NCBI GenBank assembly: GCA_023247705.1
Contig: JAHFFY010000009.1
Coordinates: 1,688-65,687, forward strand
Reading direction: 5' to 3'
From: Candidatus Omnitrophota bacterium
Lineage (GTDB): Bacteria > Omnitrophota > Gorgyraeia > Zapsychrales > JAHFFX01
DNA length: 64,000 nucleotides
Numbering within the stretch: the first letter of the stretch is position 1; every line of letters starts with the position of its first letter. Below the pieces are notes generated by a model. That model did no database searches. It saw only the letters and a list, made by a program, of their open reading frames with translations, and was not told the origin of the DNA. Position numbers and translations under genes: made by a program. Below are positions 32,701-44,700 of this stretch, piece after piece.

Positions 32701-35700
32701 CCCAACGAAACATGATCCAAAGATTTCAAATTTTGCTCGGAAGCGAGCCAAAAAGTTGTCTTTTGAAATTCGTTGCGTTTCACCAGGAAATAAATCGGAT
32801 TAAATCCTAACTCTCGACGGATTCTGCCTAATACGGTATCTTGAGCGACCAACGACGGGATGGTGACTCTTTTTTGTTTATTAACAATTTTAAAAAATTT
32901 TTCTAAGTCGATGTGCTCAAGGATATAAAACCCCAATGCCTCGCTATATTTCCTATCCGTCGACTCGATCAAAATTAAATCTTGATCCAATTGGGTGTGG
33001 CGGGATTTATTTTGATCGCTGCGGACCATCTTTAAAACTTGAATAACTTCCTGGAGTGTCGGGATATTGTGCACTTGAGCAATCCAGTATGTCATCGGCT
33101 GGCCTGAACTTTCCGCGCTGGTCAAGACATGTCTGATCACCTGCGTAAAAATCCCTCCGCGCTGAAATTGCGGCGTGATCGTCGCGTTGGTCACATACAT
33201 CTCCACTCCGCTTCCCTTCCATCTAAAACGCAAATTCACAACACCCGCCTCCACAGGATCTCCTTGCAGATAAATCCAGATTTCCCAGCCGCTCTTGCGG
33301 CTTGATCGAACCCGCAAATGAAATTTTCTCGATTTCTTATCCGTGATGATAAGCTGCGCGGCGTTTCGCTGAAAGGTTTCCATGAAATGATCCGGGGCTT
33401 GATGGAACACAACCCCCAAAATCATCATCAAACCTCCCAGGAGCCAGAATAATTCAAACGTCTCCACCCATACATATCCTTGAGAAATGCGATCGTCAGC
33501 CATACGCTCCTGACGATCTTCTTGCAAAGGATCGAACCGGATCGGCTGCCCGCGGAATTCCGGGACGGCGATGGCAGCGGCATCTTGCTTTAACAATTTC
33601 ACGATCTCTTGAGTGACCGTCGGGAATTGATGGACCGCCTTCTTGTCTTGAATCAATCTCAGAGCCTGCTCAACTCCCTTTAAAGGAACTTCCTCTAACA
33701 GCGGCACCATTTCCGTTTTTAGGTTCTGGAGATCTTTTAACAATTCCTGAACAGCCGTGCGCTTTTGTTCAATGTTCATTTGACGGTCATTAAAAATCGA
33801 TGGGAGATCATCTTGGGCATACTTCAACAAGAACCCTTTTAGCTGCGCTTTCGCCGCAGATTGTTTTTCTCCGATGCGCTCAAATTGTTCAGCGGCTTCA
33901 AAATATTTCTGATAATCGCCCCCCTCGGCCTGACTCAAAACAAAGGGGAACGATTGAGTGGATCGTTGCACATAGAGTAAACCGGGTTCAAAAACCAATA
34001 ACATGGCGAGTAACACCATCTTATTGAACTTTTCCTTTCCCAGAAGGATTCCGGCGATGGTCAGGAATAAAATCAAGACTAAAACATCGACCATCTTAAA
34101 GCCTTCGGCCAAGACAACTAAACCACGCAAATTTTCTTGCGGGCCTTCGGATTCCGTCAATCCCATACTGGAATCGCCGGGACTGAAGGGTTGCCCCCCT
34201 TCCAACAGGACCCGTAAAAACTCTTTCATCTCCGCCATTAAAGCGAATTCAGTATTTTGAAATATCATCTGATCACCTTGCAATGTTCTTAAAAAAAGAC
34301 GGTGAGGATCGTAGGTGTGATCGACAAAGGCCGTTCCCTTCTCCCCCGTCACGATGACCCGGCGGTCCTGTGGCCATTGATAGTTTCGGCTTAAATAAAT
34401 TCTCACCTCCACATCCCCTGGATACCTTAAGTCCAGATAAACTGTTTCTTGACGATCCCAAGCCGAACGTCGCACTTCCCTGATTTCAGCGGGTTTATCC
34501 TGCCCCAGAAAATAATTAATGACCGAGAGGGAATGCACGCCTAAATCCCATAACGTTGTGCTGGTCGGGTCGATTACACGTCGGGGATTAAGGAATCTCG
34601 CTTCGATTGAACGGATCGTCCCAACAGCCCCTTGTTCCTTGAGATCGATCAAAGCTTTCAATTCACGAAACGATTGGGAATACAAGAGAATATGTCCGAC
34701 CATCAAAAGCAATCCTCTCTCTTTGGCTAAAGCGACATTGTGTCGCGCCTCGCCGAGATTTAACGTGAGCGGTTTTTCCACATAAACATTTTTGCCGGCC
34801 TCCAGCGCGATGCGGGTATGATTAAAATGATCTTGCGCCGGGGTGAGGATCACGACAGAATCAACATCTGGGTCGGTTAATACCACCTCAGCGCTGCCTT
34901 GTATAATTTCCAGATTAGGAAACCGAGCAAACTGTTGTCTCAGTCCCTCAACGGATCTTAGACTTCTCACCGCCAATTTAACTTTAGTCGGTTGGTTCAT
35001 CGCCTCGATCTGATTAAGCAAAGTCTGTAAAACCCTCTGGCCAAACCGTCCCGCGCCGGCCACGCCGATGATTCTCTCCTTTGCAGGACGGACGGCTGAT
35101 TTTTCATGCGATACCATCATAACCAAAAATAAAGCGATGAGAATACCTCCCATCCCCCCCATCGAAGAGGCATCGATCGTTCCCTCGATCAAAGCCCCTG
35201 GATGGACCAAGGCTAAAGAAAATTCTTGAGATTCCGCGGCCGATTCGTCGTAAGATTGATACCTTTCAGCCTGTTCAAAAATCATCTGCAGAAAAATCAC
35301 ATTGGCATCAATCTCTCCCGGTGTTCGGTGGCGTTTCATAAACGCGCTGACTTCTCTCAAGAAATAACGTGGCCGCGACCAGCGCAACAACCGGATCAAA
35401 TCCCAAAAATGCGAAAAGACCGATGATTGATCCGAGGGGGATTCCATCGGCAAAGCCAGATCGGTGTAAAGAAAAAGATCCAGCGTAAACATGGCGGACT
35501 TATTGGAACCGAGCATAATCTGCAAAACCGAGAGATTGACCAGGGCCTTTTGAAGCCGTTCGACCAGCCAGGGTCGCCATTGGCTATGCTGCATAACAAA
35601 ATGACGGAGATCACTGCCCGCTAATTTAACCGTCAGTTCATATTTTTGCGGTTGCTCAAGAGATGAACCGTTCAATCCATTCGACACCGCTTCCCTCAAA

Positions 35701-38700
35701 CTCTCTTGGATCTTGTCGATTTGAAGCTGGATGATCCGCTGGATTGAAAAAAGCGCAAGAGATCCGTTTTCTAATCTTCCGGAAACAGCCAGTAGAAGAT
35801 AATAAATTCCTAACCCGCCGCTTTGGATACGAAAAATCTTAAGCGCTCGTCCCAAAGACCTCTCCTCCAGGACTCCTTCTCCAATCATCCGCAGAAGCAA
35901 AAAGAATATCTCGCGATAAACAGCACGGACAATCTCTTCGGCGCGATCCTGATCATTCACCTGAAAGCCCATCACACCCTGGGTGAGATGCTGCCATTTA
36001 AGGCGCAAAAATAAATCAACCGAGTTCTCGATGAAATCAATGAGACGTTTTCGCAACAAATCATCATGTGCGTTTACTTGTCCGTATTCATAAAGAATAT
36101 AAGCCAATTCATATTCCAACCGTGACGGCAAGGCATTTTCCCCGACGGAACCGGTGTTCTCCTGGTGCCATTTTCTTAATTGTTCATAGGTCCAGTCTTT
36201 TAATTCCACAATTTCCCGGAATCCGGCATAAGGAATGAGCCAGCGATCATATAGATCCTTGGCGAGCGTGATATATCCATGACCAAAACTTAAACCCCGC
36301 GGCGTGACAACGATATTAGCGCCGGGCACATCCTCTCGATTGATCACATCTCCGACCTCGAGTTGCGGCAAATATTTCTTAACCGGAAACAGCTGATAGA
36401 TCGGCCGAATAAAACGTGTCAGGAATATCCGGTCGATAAAAAAGAGGAAACGGTTTAACGGCCGGTCATAAATTTCTTTTAACGTCAGAATCACTTTGCG
36501 ATTGGCATATCCCGGGGCCCGAATCTTTGTGGGATCCGGATCATTGATCCGGGTCAATCGGATTGTTTCCCGGATCACAGTCGGTGAGAAACGTTTGATG
36601 ATCCCCGTTATGACCCCGATGGCATACATCTCCTCGAGAATCGCACGCATAAAATAAGGATGCGTTTCATAGTCGGCCCCCGGGCCATATAAAAAGAGGA
36701 TTTCCGGACGCCAGTTGGAATCATTTTTCTCCCGCGCCAATCCTTCCAGCAATTGCGCGACAATAATCCCCTCGGTTTCTCCCACGGGCGAAAGACGGGC
36801 AGAAACACTCAGCGGGACGCTGCGCGGCACGGTCGGTTCCAGAATAATTTTTTGGCTTCCGGTCGTGGCAACGCCGTCCATTCCCGGATCAGCTTGCACC
36901 CGGTACACCGGAACATCGCCATATTCCTGACGGATTAACCGATATTCTTCCTGGGCCACTTCATAGATCGATCCTTTAAAAGTCGATAACCAAACCCGCG
37001 CGCTGAAATCTTGACGAAGCACATCCACAAAATTCGATTCATCCAGGACCCGCAACGCGCCTCTCACGCGGCTTCGCGGTGTGATTTCAAAAAGCGTTTC
37101 GCTTGTCATGAAAGAACCTTCTTCCCTGAAACGCAACGGGATGATCTCTGCAAAATCTTCGATGGGCCTGGGCATTCCGGTTGTCGGATCATAAATTTTC
37201 TCTTCCAAAACATGGTCGATACGGTATGACGGGTTTTGATCAGTCCCAACGCGTTTTTCGGATGAACTTATCAATAAAATATCCGCCCTTTCCATTAGTC
37301 CGCCTAAAATGTTCTTCAAAAAGGACAGAACAAAAATCCCGCTATTGATATCTGATCCACCACCAGGCAGCTTAATGACAATCAATGGTTTGACTTGGTG
37401 AGAAAGACGTAAATCCGCTGCAAGTTGCCGTAACCATTGCTGAAGATCTGACTGAACCTCAAATCCAAAATTATGGAATCTCCAGCCTGGAATATTATTT
37501 CGAACGTGCCAAAGGTAAATACCGATGACCAAGAGGACCAACACAACAAAACCCCCGAGCCCAAGGACAGCGATCATCTCGTTATGTTTAAATTCATCTG
37601 ATTCCGTCCTGATCGGAAATTCCTGATTCAAATTATTCTCAATGTCTTCTAACCAATGGGTGGGCTTTAAAAATTTATTATTCTGCGGAAAGCTCCATGC
37701 TTCGGAAATTTCTACGATGACGATGTTCTGGGTCTCCAGGCTTAAGGGCAGATCATATTCCTGATGGATCAAAGATATAATGCGATTTAAAAAATGATCA
37801 TTGGATTGACTGGAACGGCCCATGTTCTTCAACAGCTTTTGCATATCCGGCCGATGAAGCCGATGACGGACCCAGATCGAGAATTCAACCAAGGCAATCG
37901 TCCCGGGATGATAAATATTCGCCAGTCTCAAAATCATTTGCGCGATATTCATTTGCTCCGGATCAGAATAATCCTCCGGCATCAAATGATCTCCGGACCG
38001 ATATGTTTCATAAAAGAACACACTGTCAGGCAGGAGCCAAAGAATAAACATGAAAGCAAGAACAAGCAAAAATCCCATCGACATAGCAAGTTCAATACTA
38101 ATCACCATGGGAACCACTGCCCCATTGGTTAAAGAATCATTCCCTCTTTTTAGCCAATCATTCTGATTCATCACCTGATCTTCAATGGTTTCGATCCAAA
38201 AGAGAATTTCCCGGCGATGAGCTAAGCGTGCCTTGCGGGCTTCCCGGATCTCACGCAATACGATCGCCTGCGATGTCAGCGTGAGAGGACGACCATATTC
38301 CTCATGGATCCTACTAATGATATGCTCGAGCACCGATTCGACCTCATGCCCCTCAGGCATCATATGCAAAGATCTCTGAAGATAAGTTTCATGAAGACGA
38401 TAGCGCGTCCAAGCCGCAAATTCGATATTGCCAACCAAAAGATCATTCATCCTGATGGTTGGCGGCAGATTGGCGATCAAACCGGCAATCTCGATTTGCA
38501 ACAAAAGAGCATAATCCAGGGAAAAATCCTTCCGTCGATCCTCTGGATTGATCCGGGATTGTTTCACGATGAGGATCAACGATAATACCAGGATCACAAA
38601 AGCGAAAAACGCAACAGCGAGAGGAAGCCATTCATCGACAATCCAGGCTCGGTTTTCTTCGGGTCTCTCTTCCCGTCTTAATTCAAACCAACTGGCTCTC

Positions 38701-41700
38701 CCACGGATTTCGATCACACCGCTTAATGTCGGTAGCCTTGCACCGCGCTGCTGCGAACGTAAAAGTTGCAACCAGGATCCTAGAATAACCTTTCTTTCCT
38801 CTAAATCCTGTTCTGTTAGATCATATCCCTGGGCCCATTCGATGATGTCATTCAATTGGATCACATATCCTTCCTGGGCTTCCACCCGAGCCCGGATGAC
38901 ACTCACGGATTCATCACGGTGCTGAATGACCCGTCGCTGCCGGAAGAAACGCGCGATCGCCTCTTGATGAACCCTTTCTTTCTGAGAACGACCGATCACC
39001 ACGATGCCATGTTCTTCCCTGAAATAAAACCAATAAAAACGCCAGCGTCCCTGTCCGGATCCTGACCGACGATGGTATAAGGGCGCTCGATATTTCATGG
39101 GACCCTTCTCAGGCTGATTAATCGCCGCCACCAGGGAATTCCAGAAATCCTGTTCACCCAGATCACGCACATTGTCCGTCAAGATGGCGATATCCGGCGG
39201 AGACATATTGGTAATCAAAATATGCCGGACACCCAACAAAGGTTGATCGACATCCGGCATCGCAGCCTCGGGGAGGCTGGATGGTCTTTGCTGATGAAAA
39301 AGATGCAAGAGGTTTCTGTTGATCTCGGTTCGCTGTGTATCATTCAATTGCTGCATTGTTCGTAAAATATTCTGGGATGGAACACCCACTAACTCGCTTA
39401 ATTCCTCGGCGTAAGCCTCCAACAAAAGATCTTCCATGGGGACCCCTTCCCGAATCGACATATCTGACAAATCGATAATGTCCGGATCGACATAATAATT
39501 CAACGTCTGAACATCGAGCTGTGAATCGGAAAGATATTGGTAGGCTTGATCAATGTAACTTTGTAAAGTGACTTGGAGCTCGGGCAATGCAATCTGATCA
39601 GAGGACGGGTCTAATCCAATTTCCTGAAGAAGATAAGATAAACCGGTTGACCCGACGGTATTAATAAACTGGCTCAACGGGATCTGAATCTGGGTGAGAA
39701 ATCCCTGCCGGCTCGCTTTTTGCATAAACAAAAGCGGTGTCCGCGGGAGGCCGGCCAGCTCTGCAATGGCATTGCGTAATTGTCGCCGATAACCTCTGAC
39801 CGTTTCTTCTCTATGCACGCCCATGGCTTGAGCGATTGCTGAATCAGGGGGAAGATCCTCCATAATGACAAGAGCTGTCTCATAAGCCTCTTTAAGACGA
39901 ACATACAATCTCTGTAAATGATCTTCAAGAAGCGGGACCAGCTCATCCAACCTTTCCTTGGTAATGATCCCTTCCGTCAAAGATACTTCTTCCATGATTT
40001 CTTCTGCTGAAGTCGGTTCCAAAACAACATCCCCGGCCGTGATCAATTCCGGCTGCAGAGGTATTTCTTGTTCTTCTTGTCTTTGCGATTCCATTTCTCG
40101 CCGGAGATCTAATGTTCGCTGCAACATTGCCCTCCGATCTTCCCACTGCGCGATCACATCTTCGGTCCCGGGAAAATTTCTGAGCCGATTGATCAGCGTT
40201 ACAAGTCCCCGAATATTTTCTTGACCCAAGTCCTGTTGTAACTGCCGGATCAACTCTTCGACCAATCTCTCTTGATTTTCTTGTTCCAATGTCTGTTCTA
40301 GAACGGTCACTTGTCTTTCGAACTGTGTGATGATGTTCTCAGGCGCATGAATGTCTCTTAACTGATCGATCAACGTTCTGGCACCCCTGGCGTTCCTATC
40401 CCTGATAGCCTGCTGTGTTCGCCGCGTCAGATCGTCCTCTCGACCGGATTGTCTTTGTCTCGTGCGCAGACCTTGCAATCCGGCAGAAATAATATCAAGA
40501 TGCGTTTGACTGGCGCCCAGATGTCTTAATGTGCGCAGATGCGACCTCGTTTCTCCAGCGTCTCCTCTGCGCAATGCTTCCTGGGCCTGCTGAATCGTCG
40601 TTTCAATCATTTGCCGGGATTGTCGGCGTAATCTTCGCCGTTCTCCGGTGATAACGCTCTTTAAAAACCGTAACCATCTCACCCAAAATAACCAAAACGG
40701 AATCCCGAAATAAATCTTCAGGAAGCGTGCAAACCGCACCGCATACCTCATGACCGCTCTGTAATTTAAAATAATCCAAACCGCGGAGCTAATGACAAGC
40801 CCAATCCGGCCCCAATTTTTTGATTTGGATAAAAACTTTAACGCCAACTCTAACCAGGAGTCCTCCGGGTCTTCGATCCCGGCGAGAAAGCCAAAGAATT
40901 CTTTGGGAGGATATTCTTTAAATCCCTTCCATCGAAACGTATTAAAAATTTTCCAGGTTCGATCAGAAAATAATTTGGCCCGACCCGATTGCTGTTCCCA
41001 TTTCATAACCCAGTTGACCGCATCGGATAAAAAGTCGTTCGGGTTATGAACAGTCGCGGTTGCGAGATATTTCAGCAAGATGAATATTTCTAAAACCCTT
41101 TGATCATATTCCCCGCTTTCCGGATCATAAATTGACCCAAACCCTTCGCGCAATAACTTGACACTGTTTAATATATATTGAAACGGAATGTTCGCTTCCT
41201 GGGTGAGCAAATGGTCCAGTTTCTCCGTCGTGACTCCTTTATTCTTCAGGAATTCCAACATCGCATGCCAGCTGAGCGAATCAGTCTGGACCTGTAGACG
41301 TAAAAGATCATAGACCGCCCGTTTAAATTCTCTACTGTCTGCAGCAACCTTTCCTTGTTGGACAGCTTTCTGAAGCTCTTGAAATTTCAAAGCCCGTTCA
41401 TTCAACTGCGCAACCAACTGCGGCTCTTCGGTAAAGATCTGTTGATATCTGACGGTTTTAATCAGCCAGGCCGTGGCAAGGGACTGATATAACTCCTTAA
41501 TTTGATATGTCCGCATATTGTCTTCCAGTTGGTCTAATCTTGCGCCCAGCTGGAAAAATAACGGCGCATTCAAAATCAAATGACCGTCAAAACTTCCCGG
41601 CGGATCATCTTTCATGAAAATGAAATAGCTAGTAGAAATCCTCTGGTCCCCGATAAAACCGGAAGACAGATTTTTCTGAGTACGATCTTTAAAATCAGCC

Positions 41701-44700
41701 AGCAGATCAACTAATCCTTTTGCCATCGGATGATGTTCTTTGACGAGGATCTTGCTTAAAGATTCCAATCGTTGAATAAGATGTAAGGCCTGAGGCAGGG
41801 TAAAAGTAATCCGCGCTTCCGGTTGCTGCTGGGGCTGGCTCAACGGTATCGACGGTTGCAAACCCGGCAAAGGCGTTGTGAATGGCAGGGGCGGCGAAGG
41901 TAGCGGGGATTGTTGGGCTAATCGCGAGAGAGATTCCTGAGAAAATGTTTCTGAAAAACTTAGTCCAACCAGGCGGGAAGAAATGACAAAAAGCAATCCC
42001 CAAATTGCGAAATAACGTTTACCTCGGAAGGTTAAAGAATAATCACGGTGCAACGCCCTGATCGTAACCGCGAATACACTCGATAAAATGATCAACACTA
42101 AAATAACGATCCATGCTTCAAGAGAGACATTGATCCATCCATGAGATGTGTCGGATTTGGGTTGTTCTTTTTGTAGGGCAGGATGAAATCCTATGATCTT
42201 GCGGATCATTTTATCAACGGGATGCCTTCGTTTGATGTCGGAAAGAAGTTTAGAGGCTAGTTGGCGATCAGGAAGTTTTCCTAAACGGATGATTAAAACA
42301 AAAACCTTAATGACATCATTAAATTTCCATTCCTTGGCAAGCATGGCTAGAATAACGCCTTTCCAAATACGAGAAAATTCCGCTGTCGACATCTCTAAGA
42401 CAGTCAACCCCGCATTAATCTCTCTCACGTAACGACGATTTCTTTGTGCCGTGTTAAAAAATCCTCGAGCGAGTTGTTTCAAAATAGGAACTTGACGCCC
42501 AAAATACTGTAGAGATAAATACCAGGCGACCTCAATAACGACCGAATGATTTTTCTTCGTGAGCTTTGCCAACTCCTTCTCAGCGACCTGTTCTTTACCG
42601 TTTATGATGAGCCAGACAAGATGATTCACCTTCATCGACAGACGTTCATCATATTTCTCCAGAATTTCTTGGCCCAAAGATTTTACGATCCATTTCCCAC
42701 GCAACCTGCGCACGCTGGTATGTGAAATGTTCAGAATCCGTCCAATCGCCCTGGCGCCATAACCTTCACGATTCAGCTGAATGAATTTCTTTTTGAATTG
42801 AGGTTGAGCAATAAGCGGTTTAATGTTCGTGTCTCGACGTAAACGGCTGACATGCGTAGGAGATATCCCCAATAAAACCGCCATTTCTCTGACACGCTTT
42901 CCTTCTTTGGTATAGCGCGCCAGTTTGCTTTTGAGTTGAACGGGTGTCAATCGGATCTTATTGCGTCGTAACGGCTGGATATTCGCTCTAATCATAATCT
43001 TGCTGATATAGGCCCGCTTGACATTTAAGACTTCAGCTATTTCCCTTTGCCTTAATCCTTTCTCGTTCAGAACTCTTACCTTTTCATTCATCTCTTCTTT
43101 GGATAGTCTTGTCTTCCATGGATAACGGCCGCGTCCAATTTTAACAATCTGATCACCTCCGGATTTGACCATGGCAATCAAAAGCATCATCAGCATCGAT
43201 CCGATCGTCATATTTACGCTCAAATGCATCGCTTGACCTTCGTCATTGCCCTCGGAAGAATCCCGGATGCGATGCAGGATCATCAATTTGTCTGGTTCAA
43301 CGATCACTTCGAAGTCGCTGAGATTCAGGCCAATTCTTTGCTGAAACGGAGCTAAAGTCGTATTGATAAACAGATACGATCCCACACGCATCTGTTCAAT
43401 ATATCCTTTGAGTGTCGTTCGGGCTTCCTGGGATAAATAGGGAATCACGTAATTTAAAAAAATAATGTCTGCATTGCTCATATCAGTCCCTACTTCTCGA
43501 GCGATGAGGCTCGACTGTTCGAACTCAATGAGCCGGCGGTTGCGCAGAAAAGGACGATACTTGATGCTTAACCTCTCCAGGGATTTCTTCAAATAGGCTC
43601 TCAATCTGTGGCTGTGATTCTCACGCGATCGTTTATTAAACTTTTTTAAGCGTTTTGTCTCACGCAGGACTTGAGAGGCGATCGATTGCGGCAAATCTTT
43701 TAACCCGAAATAAACCAACTGATTCGTCAGATAATCCAAATCAACTGTTTCGATCTTGGCCGTTTCAAGTAAATTGTCACGGGCGTAATCAACCATGTCG
43801 GGCTTGAGTTCATAACCGCGAATGACAAATTGCATTTCATCGGCCACAAAACGCGACAGGCGTTTATCCAACACATAGGCCAGGGTTAATCCCATGCTGA
43901 AGGCCTCTTTGAAATTCGCGGCACCGAGTGATAACAGCATAAACTGTTTCGAGCCGCTGGCGATTCTCTCCTGAATTAAACTGATCAAAATACGTTCCAA
44001 TCTGGCAAATTGAGACGGAATACGGTATAGATATGTGGAGGATTGAATCTCGTCGGACAAATTCTTTTCGATCCATCTAAGCGTCCATTGATGAGCCGCT
44101 GTTTCTTCTTCATGAATATGGGCCACAAATGCTTCAATCCCGGATGGATAATGTCGCAAGAGAAATTCCTGGTCGGTCAAAAGATCCCGATAAAAGGTTT
44201 GGATCGTCACACCATTGCGAGGCGGGATGATTCCTAATTCCGTCAAAGCCTCTCTAAGCCTTCCCATCATCCTGTTGCGTTCAAAATTAACCTCTTCAGC
44301 CAGCGTAAAATCTTTTTCTCTCAAGACTTGCAGGAGAATGTTAATTTCATATTCCGAATACAGGCTGAGGAACCGTTCCACCATTAATGGGACGACGAGA
44401 ACCCGCTCGCGCTGTTTTAACAATTGATTCAATGCCATGGGGGTATCTTTTCTGGAGGAAACCGCCACCGCTGCGATAAAACGATCGATCGATTGACGAA
44501 CCCGGTTGCGCCGGATTTGATCAGGATCTTCCCGGATCGCAACGACACCTCTTACTGGGACCAAAGGTCTTAGCCCTTCCCGCGTTTTGACCTTCATAAC
44601 GGAGGCGATCTGAATTTCCTCTTCTTGAAGAAGACGGAGACGGTAATTAACAAACGGCACGTTCGATTCAATAACATATTCGCTGAACTGCAATTGGTCG

